From: Candidatus Micrarchaeota archaeon
GTDB taxonomy: Archaea; B1Sed10-29; WALL01; WAMD01
Length of the DNA stretch: 64,000 bases
Reading direction: 5' to 3'
Assembly (NCBI GenBank): GCA_964652335.1
Contig: CAZZDL010000001.1
Location: forward strand, 89,216 to 153,215
This document shows, piece after piece, positions 19,386 to 27,445 of this stretch; positions within the stretch are counted from its first letter, which is position 1; every line of letters starts with the position of its first letter. The position numbers were made by a program, and so were the translations under genes. The notes under the pieces were generated by a model. It saw only the letters and a list, made by a program, of their open reading frames with translations. It ran no database searches and had not been told where the DNA came from.

Positions 19386-20357
19386 TTGATAAATATGGTA
19401 AAAAACTATAATACGAATATGGAAGAACTGACAAAAATAGAGAAAAGAGTGTTGATTTATCTGATAGCTCATGGCCTTTCTGAGCCTATAACAGCCGTTT
19501 CTAAGAAATTAAGGATAAAAACATCTACTTTAAGCTACATACTCAAAAAAATGGAGTCAAGGGGATGGATAAAGGGGTATAGGTACAGACTGAACCCATT
19601 AGCATTTGGTTATTCATATCCTTTTTGGTTTTTTGTCAAGGCAAGGCACCACAAAGACATGCATCTTCTTGATGATGCCATATTAAACCACCCAGAGGTT
19701 TATTCCACAAACAGGATAACTGGACCATACGACATAGCTTTTCTAGCATTCTTTAGGAATCAGTATGAATCAGCAGACTTCATGAACAGACTTGTAGAGG
19801 ATACATCAAAGTACATGAGAAGGATATACTCTTATCCTGTTCTCTCTCTGGAAAAGTTTCATAACATAGAAATAAGGAATAGAAACCAAGTAAAATTGGA
19901 CAAGAGGTCCATAATGATCATCAATTACCTTATGGAAAATCCAGTGTCTAACGTTTCCAAAATAGCCAGTGATTTAGGGCTCCATAGAGACACTGTGTCT
20001 AAGAGACTTAAATGGATGAAAGATAATCAGGTAATAATCAAGAGGAGCGTCGTTTTAGATAAAAGAATAACACCTCAGTTAGGCCTGGCTATAAGAAGCA
20101 TACTATTCCTGAACGTTGAACCATCAATAAGGAAAAAAGCGTTAACAACAGCCAGAAGAGAGGGATTTGTTCATGAAATGTTTTTACTTGGTTCTAGGTT
20201 TGACTCCCTATTATTGACTAGAGCTGACAGTGTTGATTGCCTTTATTCAAATATACAAAACCTTTTCTCAAAGGGCATAGCAGTTGCCACAGAAACCAGC
20301 ATAGTCTTTTATTTCAAAGAAAAAGATTCACCAATCCATTTCCTCAATGATTCTTAA
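19386..20357 (+). CDS. transcriptional regulator with two tandem Lrp/AsnC-like HTH plus ligand-binding units
   Basis: two winged-helix segments (LIYLIAHGLSEPITAVSKKLRIKTSTLSYILKKMESRGWI and IINYLMENPVSNVSKIASDLGLHRDTVSKRLKWM). Confidence 0.5.
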   Translation: MINMVKNYNTNMEELTKIEKRVLIYLIAHGLSEPITAVSKKLRIKTSTLSYILKKMESRGWIKGYRYRLNPLAFGYSYPFWFFVKARHHKDMHLLDDAILNHPEVYSTNRITGPYDIAFLAFFRNQYESADFMNRLVEDTSKYMRRIYSYPVLSLEKFHNIEIRNRNQVKLDKRSIMIINYLMENPVSNVSKIASDLGLHRDTVSKRLKWMKDNQVIIKRSVVLDKRITPQLGLAIRSILFLNVEPSIRKKALTTARREGFVHEMFLLGSRFDSLLLTRADSVDCLYSNIQNLFSKGIAVATETSIVFYFKEKDSPIHFLNDS

Positions 20358-20756
20358 TATCTTGCTCGTTTTATGTAATTTCCCATTTGTCATTCTTTTT
20401 ATCCTTACTATCTTTGGCTTTAAACCCCTCTTTTCCAGCTCTTTTTCTAGATCATCTTCATTTACATCCTGATCTGGACCAAGCGCTATAATATCTGGCT
20501 TTATCTCTTCTATTACTCGCAAGAGATCATCTTCATGTCCTAGAATCGCTTTATCCACTGGCTTCAACGCACTTACCACTACGAGCCTTTGCTCTTCAGG
20601 AATCGGACAGCCACCTTTTTTTCTTGCAACGTTTTTATCTCTAGCTACAACAACCACTAGACGATCCCCAAGCTTCTTTGCCTCCGTTAGATAGTATATA
20701 TGTCCGGGATGGATAATCCCAAATGTTCCAAATGCCATTACAGTTATCTTTTTCAT
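20328..20756 (-). CDS. cytidylyltransferase-fold nucleotidyltransferase (RibL-like FAD synthase family); the likely start is an internal Met immediately after the asnS stop
   Basis: MKKITVMAFGTFGIIHPGHIYYL has the (H/T)xGH nucleotidyltransferase motif; the track ORF is extended at the N-terminus. Confidence 0.55.
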   Translation of the reverse strand: MKKITVMAFGTFGIIHPGHIYYLTEAKKLGDRLVVVVARDKNVARKKGGCPIPEEQRLVVVSALKPVDKAILGHEDDLLRVIEEIKPDIIALGPDQDVNEDDLEKELEKRGLKPKIVRIKRMTNGKLHKTSKILRIIEEMDW

Positions 20757-22015
20757 GGATATACCCTGTTTATTGTTCTTGGGAAAGGAAGAGCGTCCCT
20801 TATATGCTCTAGATTGAGTATCCATTTAAGGAATCTTTCTGTTCCCAGCCCGAATCCAGAGTGAGGGACAGAGCCATATCTCCTCAGGTCTATGTACCAT
20901 TCATAGTTTTCTTCCTTCAATCCCTCTTCCTTTATTCGCTTGACCAGCTCATCAACTTCCCATATTCTTTCAGACCCTCCAATTATCTCTCCATGCCCCT
21001 CTGGGGCCAATAAGTCGGAGCATTTAACCAGCTTTGGGTCGTCTGCCAGCTTCATGTAGAAGGCTTTGCTCTCCTTTGGCCAGTCATAAACAAATAATGG
21101 CTTTTCCAAATCCTCGGTTAGAGCTGCTTCATGTGGCGCACCGAAGTCATCTCCCCATTCTATCTTGAATCCCTTCTTTTGCAGAGTTTCAATAGCTTCG
21201 TCATAACTCATTCTTTCAAACGGGTATTCTATCTTTTTCAGCCTGGCAATGTCTGTGAATTGGGAGATTAAATTGGCATTTTTTTCCACTAGGCTTTGAA
21301 CCACATGCGTTATCATCCTTTCCTGCAGCTTCATATTATCCTCATTTGAGAACCAAGCCATCTCAGCCTCCAAATGCCAGAACTCTGTCAAATGTTTTCT
21401 TGTTTTTGATTTTTCAGCTCTAAAACTTGGTGTGAATGAGTAAACCCTTTCAAGGACATATATCAAAGCCTCAAGATACAACTGCCCTGTTTGGCTAAGA
21501 TATGCCTCTTCTCCAAAGTAGTCAAATCCAAACAAAGTAGATCCACCTTCAGCCCCAGTTTTTGTTATTATAGGAGGATGAACCTCCCAAAATCCCTCAT
21601 TGTGGAAGAATTCTCTGAAATACCTCAAGCTTAGATCCCTAATCTTCAGTATTTTCCCCATCTTCTGGCTTCTTAGCCATAGGTGTCTTACATCTAAGAG
21701 AAACTCTGTTGACTGGTCTTTTGTAATTGGGAATCTTTCTGCCAGATGGACTATCTCTATCCATTTACCTTCTACTTCAATACCTGTTGGTGCTCTTGGG
21801 TCTTCTTTCACGATTCCTTTGATCTTTACACTTGATTCTATTGACAAATTAGCAGCTTCAGAGTTTGGATCTTTGAATACAACTTGGACTATCCCAGATG
21901 AATCTCTTAACACTACGAAAACAGCATTCTTGGTAACCCTATGCCTGTACACCCAACCCCAGATTTCAACTTCTTCTCCGACTTTTCCAGCTAATTCAGA
22001 AATCATAGTTCTCAT
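20753..22015 (-). CDS. asnS: asparaginyl-tRNA synthetase (class IIb; AspRS not fully excluded)
   Basis: class II motifs FRAEKSKTRKHLTEFWHLEAE and GSVPHSGFGLGTERFLKWIL; C-terminal FPRTINRVYP; 420 aa. Confidence 0.7.
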   Translation of the reverse strand: MRTMISELAGKVGEEVEIWGWVYRHRVTKNAVFVVLRDSSGIVQVVFKDPNSEAANLSIESSVKIKGIVKEDPRAPTGIEVEGKWIEIVHLAERFPITKDQSTEFLLDVRHLWLRSQKMGKILKIRDLSLRYFREFFHNEGFWEVHPPIITKTGAEGGSTLFGFDYFGEEAYLSQTGQLYLEALIYVLERVYSFTPSFRAEKSKTRKHLTEFWHLEAEMAWFSNEDNMKLQERMITHVVQSLVEKNANLISQFTDIARLKKIEYPFERMSYDEAIETLQKKGFKIEWGDDFGAPHEAALTEDLEKPLFVYDWPKESKAFYMKLADDPKLVKCSDLLAPEGHGEIIGGSERIWEVDELVKRIKEEGLKEENYEWYIDLRRYGSVPHSGFGLGTERFLKWILNLEHIRDALPFPRTINRVYP

Positions 22016-23263
22016 TTACCACACCCACATCTTCTTTTTGTACTCCTTCAAGATATAACTAGTTTCTGGTTTGATTATCCTAGTCTTTTTGCCTAAATGC
22101 TTTGGGGATCTTGCTAGCAGGGATTTCACCAGCCTTTTGGCCTCCTTGAACTCTCTCTTCTTTTGACTGACAAGCCTGTCTTTGCTAATATACACTCTTT
22201 TATGCTTCTCAATAAATCTCTCTGAATTTTTAAAGTCAAACACACTTGGGCCTTTCACTAGTTTCATATCCGGAAGTTCATCAACTTCAAGGTCAAGTAG
22301 GATTTCAGCTTTTCTCTTAGAATCTGTCCACCACATCTTATCAGACACTTTGAACCCATTTAGCTCTAATTGCTTTTCTAGGAAATTTGCAAACGCCTCT
22401 AGCTGACTCCATATTATTTCCTCATTTTCTTCTTTTATACTCCAAGATATAACTAAAGGCCTTTCAGGAACCTTTCTTCCCTTTCCAGGAAGTTTCCCAG
22501 TTTTTAGGAACATTCTGGCTGCGAGAACAAACCTGGCTAGGGATTCTAAGCTAACTGGTGAGGCTACATTTCTATTTGGATCAACAGGGTCAATTACTAT
22601 TAGATGCCAATTGAACCTTTTTCTCAGGTAATTTGGGTCACAGTCATCAAGACAAATAACAACTGGAGGCTCCCAAACACTGGCTTCCTCCAGCACTCTA
22701 ATAAAGCTACCATACTTTATCACAAGTAATTCACACAAATATCCAGAGAACCCTCTAACGCGGATTTCTGCTCCATAAACACCAATTTTTTTCATGAACC
22801 ATTTTAGCTTGATAACTTCCTCTGGATTTTTTAGGTGTGAGATCACATAGTCTGTATGTAGAGGAGTTCTGTCCACAGCTGATATTATCCGCTCTCCTGG
22901 AGATATCTTGTAAGCAGGGACAATATCTATGAATCTTCCCTTTAGTTCTATCCTTGTGTATGGGTGCTCTGCATAATGTATTCTGGCTTTTCCCTTAAGG
23001 AGCGAGGCAACCGCCTTTCCTATTCTCAACCCTTCCTTTCTTAGAGTATCCTTGTCAATCCCCTTGTCAAATAAGACAAAGATATCCATATCTTTTTTTC
23101 CTCTTATAAACGTCCCCTTAGCTATTGAGCCAACAAGCCTGGCTTCTAATCCAAATTTGTCATTTACGAATGAGATTATCTTTTTAGCTAACCTTTTCTC
23201 TCTTTCCATTTCAGATCTGGATGGGAATATGCTCCCAGGTACTATTTTTTCAACCTTGTCCAT
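22016..23263 (-). CDS. cca: archaeal class I CCA-adding tRNA nucleotidyltransferase (start moved to the internal Met MDKVEK)
   Basis: GSIAKGTFIRGKKDMDIFVLF nucleotidyltransferase motif; the 488-aa track ORF would overlap the divergent ATPase gene. Confidence 0.7.
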   Translation of the reverse strand: MDKVEKIVPGSIFPSRSEMEREKRLAKKIISFVNDKFGLEARLVGSIAKGTFIRGKKDMDIFVLFDKGIDKDTLRKEGLRIGKAVASLLKGKARIHYAEHPYTRIELKGRFIDIVPAYKISPGERIISAVDRTPLHTDYVISHLKNPEEVIKLKWFMKKIGVYGAEIRVRGFSGYLCELLVIKYGSFIRVLEEASVWEPPVVICLDDCDPNYLRKRFNWHLIVIDPVDPNRNVASPVSLESLARFVLAARMFLKTGKLPGKGRKVPERPLVISWSIKEENEEIIWSQLEAFANFLEKQLELNGFKVSDKMWWTDSKRKAEILLDLEVDELPDMKLVKGPSVFDFKNSERFIEKHKRVYISKDRLVSQKKREFKEAKRLVKSLLARSPKHLGKKTRIIKPETSYILKEYKKKMWVW

Positions 23264-23309
23264 CAAATCAACACCTAGTTTTTTATGTATTTTTTGCTTT
23301 TCTATATTT

Positions 23310-24749
23310 ATGTCTTCCATTAAGAAAATCAATGATATTACCGTATATCTTGTTGATCTTCCAAAGTTAAGCGAGGAGGAAAAGAAATTCATTGATTCAA
23401 TAATAGAATCTGCAGTTAGGGATTTCACAGACGCAGAGTTATCTAGGATATTCTTGGTGGATGAAAAGAAGGGTGAATTCATCCACGACGTAAAGGCATT
23501 GCTGTCTAAAGTGCAGTTTACTGTTTATCCACACGAGAGGGATCTTGTTAGATCAAGGGTTGAGAAGTTGGTTGCGAAGTACATTGGTTCAAAAAGTAAA
23601 AAGATAGTTGACCTTGCGATAGATTACTTGTTTGGTTTTGGAAGGATAACGCCTCTGCTTTTGGACCCTGATATTGAGGAGATAATGATAAATGGAGAGT
23701 CCAAGCCAGTTTTTGTAGCTCATAGGTCCTACGGTATGTGCAGGACAAATATTGTTTATGATTCAAGAGAGGAGCTAGAGCTGTTAGCTGAAAGAATATT
23801 GAACATGAGGAAGCCAACGAGGCCAATAATAGATGGCTCATTGGAGGATGGCTCTAGGTTTAGTTTGGTCTTGCCACCCGTGTCACACGCTCCAACGATA
23901 ACAATAAGGAAGTTCACGTCGGAGCCGTTTAGTATAGCCGAACTAGTCCTGAATGGGACAATGAGTATAGATCTGGCAGCTTTTCTTTGGATGGCAGTTG
24001 AAGGGATGAAGGTGAGGCCTTCAAATATCTTGATAGCTGGGGGAGCAGGATCTGGAAAGACCACGACTCTTAACGCGTTAATAGGATTCATCCCTTCTGG
24101 TGAGAGGATAGTTACAATTGAAGATACCCCCGAGCTAAACCTAGCCGAACGAGATAATGTGGTTAGATTGTATTCTTATTATGATAGTAAGAATTCTGTT
24201 AGCTTGGCAGACTTGGTTAAAGCTTCATTGAGACTGAGGCCAGACAGGATAATAGTTGGTGAAGTTAGAGGTAGTGAAGCAGAATCAATGTTTACAGCAA
24301 TGGATGTTGGATGCTCAGGATCAATGGGGACTATCCATGCTAACTCTGCAAAGGAAGTGATAAAGAGGTTAAAGAATAAGCCAATGAATGTTCCAGAGAC
24401 TTTAATTCCATTGCTTGATATAATCTTAGTACAGCATAGAGTGAACGTTCCAGGAAAAGGGATAGTTAGGAGAATAGTTGAAGTGACAGAAGTGGATTAT
24501 CTAGACAAGATAACGCTTAATACAATATACAGATGGGATAGAGAATCTGACAGTTTGGTGAAATCAGATATACCTCCAACCTTGTTTGATAAGCTTTCCT
24601 CCTTGACAGGTCTTACTAAGCTGGAGATAATGGACGAGCTTGAGAAAAGGAAAAGAACATTGAAGAACGCGTTGAACAGAGGAATTAAGACTTACAATGA
24701 GTTATATCCTGAGATATCCAAAGACCTTAGTTCCAGATCTATGTCTTAG
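23310..24749 (+). CDS. FlaI/TadA/VirB11-family secretion ATPase (orphan paralogue of the 35031 gene); start moved to the internal Met MSSIKK
   Basis: Walker A GGAGSGKTT, Asp box, Walker B RPDRIIVGEVRG, His box GTIHANS, and a TITIRKF motif shared with the 35031 paralogue. Confidence 0.8.
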   Translation: MSSIKKINDITVYLVDLPKLSEEEKKFIDSIIESAVRDFTDAELSRIFLVDEKKGEFIHDVKALLSKVQFTVYPHERDLVRSRVEKLVAKYIGSKSKKIVDLAIDYLFGFGRITPLLLDPDIEEIMINGESKPVFVAHRSYGMCRTNIVYDSREELELLAERILNMRKPTRPIIDGSLEDGSRFSLVLPPVSHAPTITIRKFTSEPFSIAELVLNGTMSIDLAAFLWMAVEGMKVRPSNILIAGGAGSGKTTTLNALIGFIPSGERIVTIEDTPELNLAERDNVVRLYSYYDSKNSVSLADLVKASLRLRPDRIIVGEVRGSEAESMFTAMDVGCSGSMGTIHANSAKEVIKRLKNKPMNVPETLIPLLDIILVQHRVNVPGKGIVRRIVEVTEVDYLDKITLNTIYRWDRESDSLVKSDIPPTLFDKLSSLTGLTKLEIMDELEKRKRTLKNALNRGIKTYNELYPEISKDLSSRSMS

Positions 24750-26280
24750 TGATTACTCCTATCTCAACAAGTTTTTCTACAGCCGCTTTCACTAGAACTT
24801 TACTGTAACCTAATGTAACACTTGCATTATCTACATTCATTACTCCACCCCTGGATTTTATGTACTCAAATACGTCCATTAGTAGCGGATCCTCCGTTGA
24901 GAAATCAGGTCTCGTTATGTGGTATGTGCCGTCTACCACTAGTCTCTTGGTTGGCTTCTCTGCCATCAGTCTAGCTATTAAATTAGATTTATATGTTATT
25001 CCAAAGAAGCCGATTATAGTTAGCAGGACTACCACCACTATTAGCCAAATTACATTGATACAGAACTTCCCTATACATACTATTCCAACTTTTACCGCAC
25101 TTTCAAACGCGCAGTTTCCTATTTCATCTTTACAAAAGTAAGGATCTGGTTCCTTGTATATAACGTCGTATTCTGTCTTTAAGTTGAATGGGTCGTATTC
25201 CCTTGTTAACTCCCCAAGATTCGTTTCAACCCAAGCATAGTAGTTTCCCCCTCTTTGTTTCCCTATAATCAGCCTGGCAGGAATACCTACCCTCCTTGCA
25301 GATTCTCTAAATATCAATGCCTTTTCCAAACTGTCATATGACGATTTATTGCTCATCACTAGCCAGTCTACATTCGTTGTCAATGGGAAATCTGGACTGC
25401 CTGATGGCAAGTCGTTCACGTAGTCTACAATTGTTGCGTATATCTCGGAGGAGCCAGATGTTAGGTCTATGCTCGGTACGAATGTTGAGGAGGCGTATTT
25501 GTTTTCTTCATTTAGTAATGGATCTTTCTCAGATAGTAGGAACACTTCCTTGTCAACAACTGATTTCACAGGAAATGCATTGAGTATTGTTGATTCTGCA
25601 AAGTACGCTCCCAAGTAATGAAACTCTAGAGTATAGGTGGATTTGGCAGGAATCTTAACTGCCCATATGAACACTTTAGATGGTTGCATAGTAACATTCA
25701 CATCTGGGAGAGGATAACTTGGAGGGTACGGTTCAAAGTATATTATTAACATGTTTCCATACAATCCCCTATCTGTTGGAGACAAATATGCAAAATGTTT
25801 TGATTGATCCTTTGCAAATGGTGCGTACATTGAATAGGGATTGTTTTCATCAGTGATCTTTACCTCAACTATAACGTCTGTTTCCTTTGTATTTTCTAAT
25901 TTTATCTCCTGTATAACATCCTTGTCAGTTATAGTCACTTGAACGTTTGCATAGACATCCTCTGCAAAGGCTTCAGGATACGTTACCTTGAAGTTACTTA
26001 TGTCTGATCCAACCACAGGCTTGTCAAATCTCGGTTCAGGCATCTCTATCTCAGAGTTTAATACTCTCATGTATGGAAACGGGAATATTGGCATTAGATT
26101 GTTTACTAGCATTCTGTTCTCTGATGGGTTTATCTTTACTAAATGTTTGTCAGACGAAAAAAGCATGAAATTGTTTTCGTCTTCTCCAACGAAGGTTAGA
26201 GCAAATACAAATTGCGACGCTAGTAATAAACCAGTAATGATGACTAGTATGTTAAAGCAATTTTTCATGCACAATTTCAT
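24739..26280 (-). CDS. secreted, membrane-anchored protein with a large extracytoplasmic domain, one TM and a C-terminal cytoplasmic winged-helix-like domain
   Basis: signal peptide MKLCMKNCFNILVIITGLLLASQFVFA; TM VIWLIVVVVLLTIIGFFGI; C-terminal LLMDVFEYIKSRGG...SVTLGYSKVLVKAAVEKLVEIGVI resembles a wHTH. Confidence 0.5.
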   Translation of the reverse strand: MKLCMKNCFNILVIITGLLLASQFVFALTFVGEDENNFMLFSSDKHLVKINPSENRMLVNNLMPIFPFPYMRVLNSEIEMPEPRFDKPVVGSDISNFKVTYPEAFAEDVYANVQVTITDKDVIQEIKLENTKETDVIVEVKITDENNPYSMYAPFAKDQSKHFAYLSPTDRGLYGNMLIIYFEPYPPSYPLPDVNVTMQPSKVFIWAVKIPAKSTYTLEFHYLGAYFAESTILNAFPVKSVVDKEVFLLSEKDPLLNEENKYASSTFVPSIDLTSGSSEIYATIVDYVNDLPSGSPDFPLTTNVDWLVMSNKSSYDSLEKALIFRESARRVGIPARLIIGKQRGGNYYAWVETNLGELTREYDPFNLKTEYDVIYKEPDPYFCKDEIGNCAFESAVKVGIVCIGKFCINVIWLIVVVVLLTIIGFFGITYKSNLIARLMAEKPTKRLVVDGTYHITRPDFSTEDPLLMDVFEYIKSRGGVMNVDNASVTLGYSKVLVKAAVEKLVEIGVITKT

Positions 26281-26779
26281 AAACTGGTCCCTCCCTCGTT
26301 AGTTTGCTCTTCATCAGCAAGATCTTATCAATTTTAAATTCTCTCTCAATCTTTTTTCCGATCATGCTTGATAATGCACTATTCGGCCTTTCCTTTACTC
26401 TTGCAAGTGTTATGTGTGGCACGTAGTTCTTATCTCTTTGGAATCCGATTTCAGCCAACTCTGCATCTATAAAATCATGTATACTTAAAATGCTTTCTGA
26501 TTCTACACCCAGCCATATCACTCTTACATAGTTTTTGTTTGGAAAGGCTCCTACACTAGTAGTATGGCATTCAAACGGTCTTTCATCAACTAGTTCAAGA
26601 ATATTTACCAATTTGTCAATCCTACTCTCTGGGACTTCTCCCAGGAATTTTAATGTTATGTGCAGGTTCTCCCTCTCAACCAATTTCATTTTTACCCCAG
26701 TTTTCTTTAGCTCCTCCTGGAGAGAAAGACATTCTTTTATGATATCATCGGTTATTGGGAACCCGAGAAACAGTCTCAC
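26252..26779 (-). CDS. thpR: RNA 2',3'-cyclic phosphodiesterase / 2'-5' RNA ligase (2H phosphoesterase)
   Basis: two H-x-T-x motifs, HITLKF and HITLARV. Confidence 0.75.
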   Translation of the reverse strand: MRLFLGFPITDDIIKECLSLQEELKKTGVKMKLVERENLHITLKFLGEVPESRIDKLVNILELVDERPFECHTTSVGAFPNKNYVRVIWLGVESESILSIHDFIDAELAEIGFQRDKNYVPHITLARVKERPNSALSSMIGKKIEREFKIDKILLMKSKLTREGPVYEIVHEKLL

Positions 26780-27441
26780 GATAACCGCCTCTCGTAGGTC
26801 TTTGTCCTAACCCATACATTGTCCTTTAGCCCTGCTAAGAATTCCTCGTCCCATTCACCATCTATATTTAGTTTTGGATCCATGCAGTTGCCCTTCTCAA
26901 ATGGCACGATGACCCATTTTCCAGGAATGGATTTACTCATTTTAGCTAGATCCTCTCTATCCAGCTGGGGATGCCATACCGTTACTACTTCCCAATATCC
27001 ATTCCAGCCGGTCAACGCCTTCAACGACTCTATTACTCCATCCCCACTCGATCTAGTTATCTCTTCATATTTTTCAAATGGTCCTTTTACGTCCAGTCTT
27101 ACAAAGTCAACAAGCTTTCTATTGATTATTTTTTTCAACATTTCTGGATTTTCACCATTTGTCTCTATCATAATCTTTAGTCCGAGAAGCTTAAGATTTC
27201 TCAGAAATATTGGAAGATCCTTTTGTTCTGTTGGCTCCCCACCAGTTACACATATGGCTTGCATGACTCTTGACGCTTTTATCTTTTCCACAGCTTCCCT
27301 TCCACTCATACCATTTCTAGCTTTTACTATCTCAGGGACGAAGCAGTATCCACATTTCCATTTACATCCACACGTATAAACCTTTCCAAATATCATACCA
27401 TTCCAATTGAAACTTTGCAGATCTAACCTGCACACCTGCAT
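26776..27441 (-). CDS. radical SAM protein of the NrdG/PflA-activase or QueE family
   Basis: CKWKCGYC (Cx3Cx2C) cluster and a VTGGEPT SAM motif; 221 aa; 4-nt overlaps with both neighbouring genes. Confidence 0.7.
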   Translation of the reverse strand: MQVCRLDLQSFNWNGMIFGKVYTCGCKWKCGYCFVPEIVKARNGMSGREAVEKIKASRVMQAICVTGGEPTEQKDLPIFLRNLKLLGLKIMIETNGENPEMLKKIINRKLVDFVRLDVKGPFEKYEEITRSSGDGVIESLKALTGWNGYWEVVTVWHPQLDREDLAKMSKSIPGKWVIVPFEKGNCMDPKLNIDGEWDEEFLAGLKDNVWVRTKTYERRLS

Positions 27442-27445
27442 AGAA

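Noticed and set aside
23052-23309. N-terminal 86 residues of the 565-aa track ORF for the secretion ATPase
   Set aside because: This segment is non-homologous to the FlaI/TadA paralogue at 35031 and overlaps cca on the other strand. The internal Met MSSIKK at 23310 is the plausible start.
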